A stretch of DNA of 64,000 bases from contig OZ219926.1 of assembly GCA_964291405.2 (NCBI GenBank), positions 3,648,001 through 3,712,000 on the forward strand. The letters are read 5' to 3'. Shown here one piece after another: positions 20,967 through 30,524 of this stretch. The notes beneath the pieces were generated by a model that was given only the letters and a program-made list of their open reading frames with translations, was not told the origin of the DNA and did not search any database. A program made the position numbers and the translations under genes. Source of the DNA: Thermodesulfobacteriota bacterium. GTDB lineage: Bacteria; Desulfobacterota; Binatia; Bin18. The first letter of the stretch is position 1, and every line of letters starts with the position of its first letter.

Positions 20967-21290
20967 CTATCGGACCTGCGAGCCGACCCGGACTCGTTTC
21001 TCCGGGCGTAGGACAATGACCTGCCCGCCATCCGAGGCGGCCAGGAGCATGCCCTGGCTCTCGACCCCGCGCAGTTTTGCCGGCTGAAGATTGGCCACTA
21101 CAACAAGCTGTCGCCCGACGAGTTCCTCCGGGCTGTAATGCGCCCGGATGCCCGCCACGAGTTGGCGTTCTGTTTCTTCGCCAATATCGACCGTGAGGAC
21201 TAGCAGGCGGTCGGCATTCGGGTGGGGCTTTGCCGATGTGACGGTTCCCACCCGCAAATCCATTTTGCTGAACTCTTCAATCGTGACCAT
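20967..21290 (-). CDS. tRNA-binding domain protein (MetRS C-terminal/Trbp111/CsaA-like)
   Basis: DLRVG, HPNADRLL, RQLVAGI, ANLQPAKLRGVESQGMLLAA. Confidence 0.88.
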   Translation of the reverse strand: MVTIEEFSKMDLRVGTVTSAKPHPNADRLLVLTVDIGEETERQLVAGIRAHYSPEELVGRQLVVVANLQPAKLRGVESQGMLLAASDGGQVIVLRPEKRVRVGSQVR

Positions 21291-21382
21291 ACGACTCCGC
21301 TCCTTTTTGAAATGCGTGTCACTATAGCTGGGTCAGAAGAAAGAGCAACGAGGGGAAGTTGCCCTCAGCCCTCTCCCTCCAG

Positions 21383-21582
21383 ACGTGTGCTGCAAATTAC
21401 ATTACTCGGCGGCCCCCGCTCCCCTGCGCCGTTCCGGTCTGCGACAGGGGGCCAGGAGTGCGGGCTTCCAGCCCGCAAGCGGCCAAGATGGCCGCTCTCC
21501 CAGGAAGCGTGAGGGCGAGCGGCCCGAGGCGGGGCCGCCGGACCGGTCCCGGGAGGCTCACGCCACAATATGCATCACACGT
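21383..21582 (+). mobile_element. MITE-like ~200 bp element, copy 2
   Basis: Terminal IRs acgtgtgctgcaaatt / aatatgcatcacacgt (14/16); tccag duplicated on both sides; lies in loop of ccctctccc..gggagaggg palindrome. Confidence 0.8.
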
Positions 21583-21603
21583 TCCAGGGGAGAGGGAGTA
21601 GAG

Positions 21604-21762
21604 AATCTCCTCCTTGGAGGGAAAGAGAAAACGTGTCCTCCAAACAGCCCTCAAGGCGGGACACATTTCCTCTTTGTGCTGCGCAGCGGCGGGGTGGGTT
21701 GTGTGTGCAGGTACGATCAAGGAACCCCCCCGGCCTTCGGCCACCCCTCCCGAGAGGGGATA
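21604..21762. repeat. REP-like repeat cluster
   Basis: ggagggaaagagaaaacgtgtcctcca shared with 36692-36719; ccggccttcggccacccctcccgagagggga is the reverse complement of the 24518-24550 motif. Confidence 0.7.
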
Positions 21763-21830
21763 AGCATTTTGACTTTTCCACGGGAGACAGCCATAATCCG
21801 GGGGTTACGCGACGAGAAGGAAACGCTGGA

Positions 21831-22298
21831 GTGGTACAGCTCACGCCCGAGACACACGCGGCCCTGAGTCAGCACGCGCAGGAGACTTTTCCGGAGGAGT
21901 GCTGTGGAGCTGTTATGCGGGTGGACGGACGTGAGGAAGTCCGCCGTATTGCCAATATTCAAAATGCCATGCATGCCAAGGACCCGCACACCTATCCGCG
22001 GGATGCCACGATTGCGTATCTCATGGAACCCAAAGAACTGCTGGCCGTGCTCAAAGCGATTGATGCCGGGGCCGAGCTGACGGCATTCTACCATTCCCAT
22101 CCCAACCATGACGCCTATTTTTCCGCTGAAGATAAAGCCCAAGCCATGTTCGGGGACGAACCGTCCTACCCGGATGCCTCGTATCTGGTGATCTCCATCT
22201 ATGAGCGTGAGGTCAGAACCATCAAGGCGTTTGGTTGGGACGACACCAGCCAGGATTTTGTTGAAACCGAGTGTCATGTCTTGGAGGAAAACGGGTAG
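21831..22298 (+). CDS. JAMM/M67 (Mec-like) metallopeptidase
   Basis: PEECCG and YHSHPNHDAYFSAED JAMM motif. Confidence 0.88.
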   Translation: MVQLTPETHAALSQHAQETFPEECCGAVMRVDGREEVRRIANIQNAMHAKDPHTYPRDATIAYLMEPKELLAVLKAIDAGAELTAFYHSHPNHDAYFSAEDKAQAMFGDEPSYPDASYLVISIYEREVRTIKAFGWDDTSQDFVETECHVLEENG

Positions 22299-22350
22299 AG
22301 CTTCCGCCTGCTCCAGCCCAAGGAAGGGAATGTAAAAAGGAGAGAACAGC

Positions 22351-22983
22351 ATGACGACAAAACAGGTGAAACGCGGGCTGTGTGCCCTCGTCGCGGTGGC
22401 CGGGATGCTGGGTCTGGTGAGCCCCGCTGTCTGGGCGAACGATTTACCCAAGGCGGGCACATGGTCGCTCGGGATGCAGTCCGGCTATACCATCAGCGCG
22501 GACTCCGGGTCCCGGAAAATTGAAAAAGTTCCAGTGCATTTACGTATTGGCTATACGGCCTTTCAGGGTTCAAAATGGTTTCTGCCCAAAGGCTCGCTCG
22601 AAATCGCCACCGAGCCGTTTGGCTCCATAATAACCCAAAAATCACGGGGCCGGGGGCTTGAGCGCCACAGAGGCTCTTTTGAAGTCGGCCTGATGCTGCC
22701 GGTGCTGACCTATCATTTTGATCTCGGCATCCCGTTCTACCCCTATATCGAGGGCGGCCTGGGCGTCATGTATCACAACCTTCAGGGCTATGATCTCGGA
22801 GGTGGCCTCAATTTTGCCGAAATGGTGGGCGGTGGCGGCACGTATTTTATTGACGACAATCTGGCCATCAATTTCGGCTATCGTTTCCGACACGCCTCGA
22901 ATGCCAGCCTGTATGACGAAAACCGCGGCCTGAATACGCATACCTTTACGGCCGGTTTTTCGTATCTGCTGCCGGCCCAATAA
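22351..22983 (+). CDS. PagL-like acyloxyacyl hydrolase outer-membrane barrel
   Basis: Signal peptide, PYIEGGLG, YRFRHASNA..NRGLN. Confidence 0.78.
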   Translation: MTTKQVKRGLCALVAVAGMLGLVSPAVWANDLPKAGTWSLGMQSGYTISADSGSRKIEKVPVHLRIGYTAFQGSKWFLPKGSLEIATEPFGSIITQKSRGRGLERHRGSFEVGLMLPVLTYHFDLGIPFYPYIEGGLGVMYHNLQGYDLGGGLNFAEMVGGGGTYFIDDNLAINFGYRFRHASNASLYDENRGLNTHTFTAGFSYLLPAQ

Positions 22984-23008
22984 TGGCCAGCGCTGCGGAA
23001 AGAAACGC

Positions 23009-23596
23009 GTGATGGCGGAGCGAAAGAAAAAAAAGCCCAAGGACAGTGAGTGGTGGGTAGAGGAGCACAAAAGCCGTGAGCGGGCAAACCAGTCCGAACG
23101 GCAGGCTCCGGCTGGGGCCTCGTTTTTCAAAACCGTCGAGGATTACGACCAGGTCCAGGCCGAAAAGAATCTGACCGACCTGAATGCGCAACTGTTGGCC
23201 CAGGCCGACCCTGCGCCCGGCGCGTGGGGCTATGTATCCCTGCTTGAAAAAAAATCTTCTCAGCGTGAGATCGAGAAGATCAAACGCGCCATGCCCCTCC
23301 CGTCCAATCTGCGTGGAGCCATTGTGGACTCCGGTCTGTCTTTGCGTGCCATTGTGGCCGATACCCAGGAGCTGGGGCTCCTGATGGAGTTTAATTTTAT
23401 TCAGGAGGCCTCGTTCGACTGTTGGATCCGTAACGAATGGGTGAGCGAACAAGTCTTTCGGGGTAAAAACGAACTGCTCAAGCGTTCCGAGCGACTCCTC
23501 AAGCGCTATCTGCGCCGTGCGTCGCAGGCGGGCGAGGAATTCTTTGACGCCCCTAGTCCGAGTGGGGCTTTACCGCCGGCGCGGACCGAGTGGTAA
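23009..23596 (+). CDS. Hypothetical protein
   Basis: 195-aa ORF filling the gap between co-oriented genes. Confidence 0.6.
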   Translation: MMAERKKKKPKDSEWWVEEHKSRERANQSERQAPAGASFFKTVEDYDQVQAEKNLTDLNAQLLAQADPAPGAWGYVSLLEKKSSQREIEKIKRAMPLPSNLRGAIVDSGLSLRAIVADTQELGLLMEFNFIQEASFDCWIRNEWVSEQVFRGKNELLKRSERLLKRYLRRASQAGEEFFDAPSPSGALPPARTEW

Positions 23597-23649
23597 CCGC
23601 TGGGTGCTGACACGACACACAGAAAAACCGCACTCCCAAGGAGGAAGCC

Positions 23650-24492
23650 ATGCCGAGTACTGCATCCCGCCTGCGTGCCATGCTCAACGGCCCGGAGATG
23701 GTTGTTGCGCCGTTCATCTTTGACGCGTTTCAGGCCAAGATTGCCCAAGCCGCCGGGTTTGAGACCGTGTATATGACCGGATTCGGGACGGCAGCCTCGC
23801 GCGGATTTCCCGATGTGGGGCTGCTGACCATGGCCGAGATGGTCGAGAACGTGCGCGCCATTGCAGGCGCTATTGATATTCCGCTGGTGTGCGATGCGGA
23901 CACCGGCTATGGCAACCCGGTGAATGTGTACCGGACCGTCCGCGAATATGAAGTGGCCGGTGCGGCGGCGCTGCACATGGAAGACCAGGTGTGGCCCAAG
24001 CGGTGTGGATTTTTATCCGGGAAGCAGGTCATCCCCATGGCCGATATGATCCCGAAAGTCAAAGCTGCGTGCGATGCCCGACGCAGTCAGGACTTCGTGA
24101 TTATTGCCCGCACCGATGCCTTGGCGGTCAATGGCTGGGACGATGTTGTCCAGCGTGCCAGGGCGTATAGAGAGGCGGGCGCCGATCTCATCTTTGTGGA
24201 CGGGATTAAAACGCACGACGATATCAAGCGCTACGTCCAGGAACTTGGCGATCTGCCGCTGCTGTACAACGGGCAACTGCTGCCCGTACAGGAACTCGCC
24301 AAATACGGCTTCAAGCTGACGATTTATTCCGCAACCCTGATGGCCGCCTACATCCGCATGCGCGACGCCATGCAGGAACTCAAAACTACGGGCCGTATTG
24401 TGCAGGACGCCGGCTGGGAGTCGTTTGAGGAGCTGACGGCACTGCTCGGTGTGCCGGAAGCCATGGAGCTGGGGAGAAAGTACGAGCAGTAG
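23650..24492 (+). CDS. Isocitrate lyase/PEP mutase family protein (PrpB/dimethylmalate lyase-like)
   Basis: DADTGYG, EDQVWPKRCG, IIARTDA. Confidence 0.9.
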   Translation: MPSTASRLRAMLNGPEMVVAPFIFDAFQAKIAQAAGFETVYMTGFGTAASRGFPDVGLLTMAEMVENVRAIAGAIDIPLVCDADTGYGNPVNVYRTVREYEVAGAAALHMEDQVWPKRCGFLSGKQVIPMADMIPKVKAACDARRSQDFVIIARTDALAVNGWDDVVQRARAYREAGADLIFVDGIKTHDDIKRYVQELGDLPLLYNGQLLPVQELAKYGFKLTIYSATLMAAYIRMRDAMQELKTTGRIVQDAGWESFEELTALLGVPEAMELGRKYEQ

Positions 24493-24497
24493 CGCTC

Positions 24498-24620
24498 ATC
24501 TTCGGAGAGGGATAATCCCTTCCTTGGAGGGGTGGCCGAAGGCCGGGGTGGGTTTCCCCCATGCACGGTCCGGCCGCAGAACCCACCCCACCGCTACGCG
24601 GCATCCCTCCCAAGAGGGGA
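24498..24620. repeat. REP-like repeat cluster between convergent genes
   Basis: cccttccttggaggggtggccgaaggccggggtggg..acccaccccaccgctacgcggcatccctcccaagagggga matches 17525-17617. Confidence 0.75.
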
Positions 24621-24645
24621 TAGGACTGCAATTTTTTCTGTGAGC

Positions 24646-25491
24646 TTAGCCCACCCGCTGAAAACCGAACAGCGACAGCCGCCGGTGGGTCCTGCCGGCT
24701 GGCTTTGCCTTGGAAACCACCTGCTTGAGAGTTACTGAAAAGTTCTCAAGGTCCACGTGCTTCCGCTCCTCAAACTCTTCAAGCTCACGCTGCCGTTTTG
24801 CTTGAAACGCCTCGAAGTCGCTGACCCACTGCGCGTGGAAGCTGTCCAGGGCGGTGGCGACATCCTTGAACATGGAGGAATTGACCACGAGCGAACCGCC
24901 ACAGTGGGTACAGTAGAAGACGATGCCAATCCGAAAATGCCGAAACGGTGCGCTGAATTCTCCGTCGCAACGATGACAGTTAATCGGCACTTCCCATTCG
25001 TCTACGCTCGGAATGGAGAGCGAGACAGAGTCTGCAACCGGGGCCGGTGCGGGGGCAGCGGCTGGGGCGGGTTGTGGAGCCGGTGCTGGAGCGGGTTGCA
25101 CCGCCGGGGCGGCTTCAGCCCCTGGAGCCTCAGCCGGAGCCGGAGCAGCCTCTCCCCCTTCGCCCTTAAAACGAGAGGGGAAATCATCTCCAAACGTCTC
25201 CTCGGGATGGAGCTCCTTGGCCCGGGCCAGTAACACCTCTTCCGTCTCGACGATGTCTGGGTTCGGGATACAGCAGTCAACCGGACACACCGCCGCACAC
25301 GCTTCTTCGTCGAAAAAGCCCACACACTCCGTACATTTATCCGGGACGATATAAAAGATGTCCTCATCAATGGCGGGATTGGTGGCGCCGTTCAATTCCC
25401 ATTCCACCCCGCCTTGATAGATGGCGGTATTGGGACACTCGGGCTCACACGCCCCACAGTTAATACAGTCCTCGGTGATCATCGTCGCCAT
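24646..25491 (-). CDS. YfhL-type 2[4Fe-4S] ferredoxin fused via Pro/Ala linker to a Cys4 zinc-ribbon/coiled-coil domain
   Basis: CINCGACEPECP and CTECVGF..CAAVCPVDCC; APAPA linker; CHRC..CTHC. Confidence 0.85.
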   Translation of the reverse strand: MATMITEDCINCGACEPECPNTAIYQGGVEWELNGATNPAIDEDIFYIVPDKCTECVGFFDEEACAAVCPVDCCIPNPDIVETEEVLLARAKELHPEETFGDDFPSRFKGEGGEAAPAPAEAPGAEAAPAVQPAPAPAPQPAPAAAPAPAPVADSVSLSIPSVDEWEVPINCHRCDGEFSAPFRHFRIGIVFYCTHCGGSLVVNSSMFKDVATALDSFHAQWVSDFEAFQAKRQRELEEFEERKHVDLENFSVTLKQVVSKAKPAGRTHRRLSLFGFQRVG

Positions 25492-25773
25492 TGCCGGTCA
25501 CTCCCTTTGCCCGTCCGCTCTTGCTGGCGTCGGTTTCAGTAGGGGTAGCGACCAGTCAGGCAGCTGTCAATAACCCTGATCCTGACCCGGATAGCGGCAA
25601 GCCCCTCTCTTTAGGTGACCGTCCTTCTTATCCCCTTCAAGGAGGGGAAGTCGTACTTTCCAAATTTCTATGCCTCTCCCGGCCGTCCCGCCTTGCAAAC
25701 CGGAGGGACACAACGGATAATATCACTCACGGTTTGAACCTCGGATTATCAAGAAATAGACTGCACCGCTGCC

Positions 25774-26835
25774 ATGAATCCTGCCTTTGTTCCTCGTTTG
25801 ATAAACGGGCCGTTTGGCGACCCTGGGCTGTATATTCAACTGCGCTGGGAAGGCCGGGCCGTCTTGTTCGACCTCGGTCAGAACGACAGCTTCCCCGCCG
25901 GAGACCTGTGCCGGGTCAGCCACGTATGTGTCTCGCACTGCCATATGGATCACTTCATTGGGTTCGACCGGCTGCTGCGCGTGTTTCTGGGTCGGGACCA
26001 GACCCTGTGGCTGTGTGGGCCACCCGGTATCCTGGACTGTGTTGAGGGCAAACTGCGCGGCTACACCTGGAATCTGGTGGACGGTTATGGGTTCTCGCTT
26101 GAGGTGGCAGAGGTCTGGCCGGATTCAATAAAGCGGGCCGTCTTTCAGGCGGCGGGCGGTTTTCAGCGTGAGGCGCTGCCTGAAAAGCCCTTCCACGGGC
26201 TGGTCGTGGATGAACCGGCATTCTGCATCCGTGCGACCCATCTCGACCACCGCATCTACTCTCTGGCGTTTGCGCTGGAAGAGAAGAGCCATCTGAATGT
26301 GGATACCACCTACTTGGCGCGGCTGGGCGTCCCTCCTGGGCCGTGGCTGTCTGCGCTCAAGAACGCCCTACGCGGGGGAGAGCAGGATAGCGCCGTGGTC
26401 ACGGCCACGTGGCAGGAAAACGGGCAGGACCGTTCCCGGGACTTCAGCCTGGGCGAGGTGCGGGGCTCGCTGGTCAAGGAAACACAAGGACAGAAATTTG
26501 CCTATGTGGTGGATACGCTCTTCAGCCCGGAGAACGTGAAACGCATCGCGGCCCTGGCCCAGGACGCGGATGTCTTCTTTTGTGAATCTCCATTTCTGGA
26601 TTCCGACGAAGATCAAGCCACCAAGCGTTATCATCTCACCGCCAAACAGGCCGGCCTCCTTGGCCGCTCCGCTCGCGTGCGGGAACTGCGAGTCTTTCAC
26701 TTTTCGCCGCGCTACGCTGGCCGAGCCGAGGAATTATACCGTGAGGCCCAGGCGTCTTTTTATAGCGAGTCTCTCCAGGCTGCTCCGCAAGCTGAGCAGA
26801 ACGAGACCGCTGCGCTGACCCCGGCAGGAAGGTGA
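25774..26835 (+). CDS. Ribonuclease Z-like metallo-beta-lactamase
   Basis: NGPFGDPGLY, SHCHMDHFIG, HLTAKQAG, FHFSPRY. Confidence 0.85.
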   Translation: MNPAFVPRLINGPFGDPGLYIQLRWEGRAVLFDLGQNDSFPAGDLCRVSHVCVSHCHMDHFIGFDRLLRVFLGRDQTLWLCGPPGILDCVEGKLRGYTWNLVDGYGFSLEVAEVWPDSIKRAVFQAAGGFQREALPEKPFHGLVVDEPAFCIRATHLDHRIYSLAFALEEKSHLNVDTTYLARLGVPPGPWLSALKNALRGGEQDSAVVTATWQENGQDRSRDFSLGEVRGSLVKETQGQKFAYVVDTLFSPENVKRIAALAQDADVFFCESPFLDSDEDQATKRYHLTAKQAGLLGRSARVRELRVFHFSPRYAGRAEELYREAQASFYSESLQAAPQAEQNETAALTPAGR

Positions 26836-26844
26836 GTCCGCCGT

Positions 26845-27288
26845 ATGCCCGTCGTGATTTCAGAGCCCGTTCAGCGTTTCATCAATGACCACGTGGTTGC
26901 CCGCCTGGCGACCGCCGATGCCGCGGGCCAGCCGCACGTGATTCCGTTCTGTTATGCGTTTGATGGCCAGCATGTTTATTTTGTGGTGGACCAAAAGCCC
27001 AAGCGCCAAACGGGCAAACCCCTCAAGCGCATCCGCAATATGCTGGAAAACCCGCAGGCGGCCATCGTGATTGACGACTATGACGACGACTGGACCCAGC
27101 TCGCCTATGTCCTCATAACCGGCACGACCGCGCTGGTGGATGATGAAACCGAATATACCCGCATACTGATCCGGCTGCGCGAACGCTATCCTCAGTATCG
27201 CGCCATGGACCTGACCTTCGCTGATAACGCCATGGTCCGCATCTCGCCCACCAAGGTGCATGCCTGGGGAAAAATCGAGCAAGACTGA
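26845..27288 (+). CDS. PPOX-class F420-dependent oxidoreductase (TIGR03668-like)
   Basis: VARLAT..PHVIP, VDQKPK..LKRIRN..NP, DDYDDDWTQL. Confidence 0.82.
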   Translation: MPVVISEPVQRFINDHVVARLATADAAGQPHVIPFCYAFDGQHVYFVVDQKPKRQTGKPLKRIRNMLENPQAAIVIDDYDDDWTQLAYVLITGTTALVDDETEYTRILIRLRERYPQYRAMDLTFADNAMVRISPTKVHAWGKIEQD

Positions 27289-27312
27289 GCGCGTCTCGGA
27301 CCGATGTCCCGC

Positions 27313-28509
27313 TTAGAGACGCCCCGGCACCTGTTGCATGACCGACACGGCGCGCTCAATCTCTTCCGAAGAAATCACGAGCGGTGGGGCCAGGCGGACA
27401 ACCGTGTCTTCGTGCAGGGTCCAGCCCAGGACGAGACCCTGGGCAAAGCAGTCCTGAACAAACTGCTGGGTCAGTTGCGGGGTAGGGAAGTCCAGGCCGA
27501 TCAGCAAGCCCCGTCCCCGCACGGCAGTACACCGGCCGGTCTCGACCAGGGTTTCCAGCCTTCGACGGAACTCCATTCCTCTATCCTGGGCCTGCTGTAC
27601 GAGGCCGTCCTGAAGCAGCACGTCGAGTGCGGCCAGCCCTGCGGCGCAGCACACCGGATGCCCGCCAAAGGTCGTGACATGGGCGAGGGCCGGGTCGTGC
27701 GACAGGGTCTCCATAATCTGTGGGGTGCTGATAAACGCCCCGAGGGGCATACCGCCGCCCAGGGCTTTGGCCACCACCAGGATGTCGGGTGTCACCTGCC
27801 AGTGCTCGCTGGCGAACAGCCTGCCGGTCCGCCCGAAGCCGGTAATCACCTCATCAAAAATAAGCAGGGCGCCGACCTCGGAACAGCGCTGCCGGAGCGC
27901 CGGCAGATAGTCGTCGTCCGGGATACGGACGCCACCTTCGCCCTGGATAGGTTCGATAATGACCGCGGCGACGGTCTCGTCGATGGCGTGCAAGGCCGCG
28001 CGGTCGTTAAAGGGCAGAAAGGTCGTGTGTGGCAGCAGGGGTTCAAACGGGTCGCGATAGACCGGATTACCCCCGACCGACACGGAACCGAATGTGTCGC
28101 CGTGAAAGCTGCCGACAAAACTGACAAAACCGGAGCGACCGGTATACTTCCGGGCGGTCTTGAGCGCGCCCTCGACCGCCTCCGTGCCACTATTGGTGAA
28201 ATAGGTCACCGACAACGCGCCGGGAGCCAGTTTGGCCAGTCGGCGCGCCAAATCGACCTGGGGCTGCTGGATATATTCACCGTAGACCATGGCGTGCAGA
28301 TATTGCTCAGCCTGGGCCTGAACGGCCCGGACCACAGCCGGATGGGTATGGCCGATGCCGGTTACGCCAATGCCGGACAGCAGGTCGAGATATTCCCTGC
28401 CACTGGTGTCTGTCACAACGCAGCCGCGCGACCGTGCGACTTCCACGCCCATGGGCGCAGGCGAGGTTTGACTTACATAGCGCAGAAAATCGTCGCGAAG
28501 AGAAGCCAT
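27313..28509 (-). CDS. Class III aminotransferase (ArgD-like)
   Basis: YLDLLSGIGV..GH, NSGTEAVEGALK, EPIQGEGG, FDEVITGFGRTG, AKALGGG; start may be 28521. Confidence 0.9.
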   Translation of the reverse strand: MASLRDDFLRYVSQTSPAPMGVEVARSRGCVVTDTSGREYLDLLSGIGVTGIGHTHPAVVRAVQAQAEQYLHAMVYGEYIQQPQVDLARRLAKLAPGALSVTYFTNSGTEAVEGALKTARKYTGRSGFVSFVGSFHGDTFGSVSVGGNPVYRDPFEPLLPHTTFLPFNDRAALHAIDETVAAVIIEPIQGEGGVRIPDDDYLPALRQRCSEVGALLIFDEVITGFGRTGRLFASEHWQVTPDILVVAKALGGGMPLGAFISTPQIMETLSHDPALAHVTTFGGHPVCCAAGLAALDVLLQDGLVQQAQDRGMEFRRRLETLVETGRCTAVRGRGLLIGLDFPTPQLTQQFVQDCFAQGLVLGWTLHEDTVVRLAPPLVISSEEIERAVSVMQQVPGRL

Positions 28510-28618
28510 AACCGGCAGCATACGTGAGGGAGGTTCGCCCGGCAAGAAATGGACCCTTGACCCTGACCGATAAATTGGTAGCGTGCGCCCTGGGCATATC
28601 AAGGAGGGCAAGGAGGGA

Positions 28619-29713
28619 ATGATGGCCAGGAAGAAAGTTTTAGTTGCGGGTGCCTCCGGTCTGGTTGGGTTTGCGGCCGTGCGCCACTTTGCCAGCCTGG
28701 ACGAATGGGATGTTGTGGGCGTGTCACGCCGCATTCCCGACGGCCTTGAGGGGGCTGCGCTCATATCCGTTGACCTGCAAGACCAGGCCCGTTGCGCCGA
28801 GGTCTTCGGCCAGATGCACGATGTGACCCATGTGGTCTATACCGCGCTGTACGAAAAGCCCGGTGTGGTCCAGGGCTGGCGTGAGCGGGACCAGATGGAA
28901 ACAAATCTGAGGATGCTGAAAAATCTGTTTGAGCCGCTCAAGGCCGCGGCAACCCAGCTCCAGCACGTGTCGCTGTTGCAGGGCACCAAAGCCTACGGCG
29001 CGCATATCGAACCGTTTCCCGCTCCGGCGCGCGAACGCTGGCCACGCCATCAGCACGAGAACTTTTATTTTCTGCAAGAAGACTATCTGCGCGAGCAGCA
29101 GCAGGGCAAGGACTGGCACTGGTCAATCTTCCGGCCTCAGCTCATTTTTGGTGAAGCGCTCAAGGGCAACCTCAACGTGCTGCCCGCCATTTGCGTATAC
29201 GCCGCACTCCGCAAAGAAGCCGGTCTGCCACTCTCATTTCCCGGCGGCCCGTCCTACGTCTTTGAGGCGGTGGACGCCGACCTGCTGGCGCGCTCCTTGG
29301 CCTGGGCTGCCACCAGCCCGAACGCGCGCAACGAGACGTTTAACAGCACCAATGGCGATGTGTTTGTGTGGCAAAACGTCTGGCCGACGATTGCCGATGC
29401 CCTGGGCATGGAAGTCGGTCCGCCCGAGCCGCTATGTCTCACGGAAGAGATGCCCAAGCGCGACGCCGAATGGGCCGCGATTGTCGATAGGTATCAGCTC
29501 AAGGCTCCACGAAAAATGCTGGACTTTGTGGGCGGCTCGTTCGAGCTGACCGACCTGTCTTTTGCCTACGGTGCCTCAGAGCCGCCACCGCCCATCGTCG
29601 TCAGTACGATCAAGATTCGGCAGGCCGGTTTCCACGAGTGTATGGATACGGAGGATATGTTCCGGGACCTGATTAAGCGCTACCAGGATTTGGGCTGGAT
29701 ACCGCCGGTGTAG
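28619..29713 (+). CDS. PRISE-type SDR (progesterone 5-beta-reductase/iridoid synthase-like)
   Basis: GASGLVG, GTKAYG, NFYFLQED, WSIFRP, KIRQAGF. Confidence 0.82.
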   Translation: MMARKKVLVAGASGLVGFAAVRHFASLDEWDVVGVSRRIPDGLEGAALISVDLQDQARCAEVFGQMHDVTHVVYTALYEKPGVVQGWRERDQMETNLRMLKNLFEPLKAAATQLQHVSLLQGTKAYGAHIEPFPAPARERWPRHQHENFYFLQEDYLREQQQGKDWHWSIFRPQLIFGEALKGNLNVLPAICVYAALRKEAGLPLSFPGGPSYVFEAVDADLLARSLAWAATSPNARNETFNSTNGDVFVWQNVWPTIADALGMEVGPPEPLCLTEEMPKRDAEWAAIVDRYQLKAPRKMLDFVGGSFELTDLSFAYGASEPPPPIVVSTIKIRQAGFHECMDTEDMFRDLIKRYQDLGWIPPV

Positions 29714-29746
29714 ACGAGCGAGTGTCACTGAGTGTTTTGTCTCTGA

Positions 29747-29840
29747 TCCCCTCTCCTTTTGGGAGAGGGGCAGGGTGGGGGAAAAAGGGCCCCCAACCGT
29801 CAAAAAAGTTAATTTGCATCACACGTCCAAGGAGGGGATT
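29747..29840. repeat. REP-like hairpin plus solo MITE right end (29811-29826)
   Basis: ccctctccttttgggagaggg hairpin; aatttgcatcacacgt matches the MITE terminal repeat. Confidence 0.65.
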
Positions 29841-29874
29841 TTCTGCTCCTTCCCTATTATCCGAAACCTCCACC

Positions 29875-30081
29875 TCACTCTGTCATGACTATTTCCGCTG
29901 GATGTAAGGATATATATTCCCGCACTTCTAACTGCATGCGGTCGATTTCGGCTAAAAAGCCAGACGCCGAGGCGTGGTAATTTGTCGGATTCGTTTCTAC
30001 TTGACGTAGACGGGCAAGCTGATCTTCAAAACACGCAATCCGCTCACGAGTGATTTGCAATTCTTGATCGTTTTGTATCAT
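29875..30081 (-). CDS. Small coiled-coil hypothetical protein (TA-associated type)
   Basis: 68 aa MIQNDQEL..RERI; GGAGAG RBS. Confidence 0.6.
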   Translation of the reverse strand: MIQNDQELQITRERIACFEDQLARLRQVETNPTNYHASASGFLAEIDRMQLEVREYISLHPAEIVMTE

Positions 30082-30187
30082 TGTGACTCTCCAGTAATCT
30101 CAACAATACCTCTTTGTCCACCAGTGTGTTGATTCTCACTTAATCGTTGCTATACCATCGAGACACCGGTTGAGAGGACTAGGAAAA

Positions 30188-30415
30188 ATGTCGGAACTTG
30201 AGGTAGCCAAAGAGCAAATTGCCTACCTCAAGCTTTGGCTCGGCATCATGGTTGTCACCGATATCAGTCTAATTGGTTGGTTTATCGGGAACTATGGGCA
30301 GGCCTCAGTAAGCCTTTTGACTATGGATCTTGTAGCTGTCGCTGTAGTGAGTGCTGGAATTGCTAGACTTCATCTTCGGATTGATAGTCGGATCAAAGAT
30401 TTGAAAGGACTCTAA
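30188..30415 (+). CDS. Small two-TM membrane protein
   Basis: KEQIAYLKLWLGI; two hydrophobic helices; AGGA RBS. Confidence 0.65.
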   Translation: MSELEVAKEQIAYLKLWLGIMVVTDISLIGWFIGNYGQASVSLLTMDLVAVAVVSAGIARLHLRIDSRIKDLKGL

Positions 30416-30417
30416 CT

Positions 30418-30504
30418 ATGGAATACGTAGCTGCCTTTCTCTTAATCGCCGTCCCCTCCCTATTTGTCTATCTTGCATTTGATGCGGCGCGACGCTCCAA
30501 GTAG
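30418..30504 (+). CDS. Putative 28-aa single-TM peptide
   Basis: MEYVAAFLLIAVPSLFVYLAFDAARRSK; ATG 2 nt after upstream stop, AAAGGA RBS. Confidence 0.45.
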   Translation: MEYVAAFLLIAVPSLFVYLAFDAARRSK

Positions 30505-30524
30505 ATAAGGTGAAGGCATTTCTT

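Noticed and set aside
21831-22298. JAMM protease as part of CBASS/Bil ubiquitin-like defence
   Set aside because: No E1/E2, ubiquitin-like or cyclase gene adjacent; resembles housekeeping Mec-type proteins
27304-28527. Long antisense ORFs (also 1897-2679, 13230-14255, 47745-48716, 48713-49753)
   Set aside because: Shadow frames of real genes in GC-rich DNA, with no recognisable motifs
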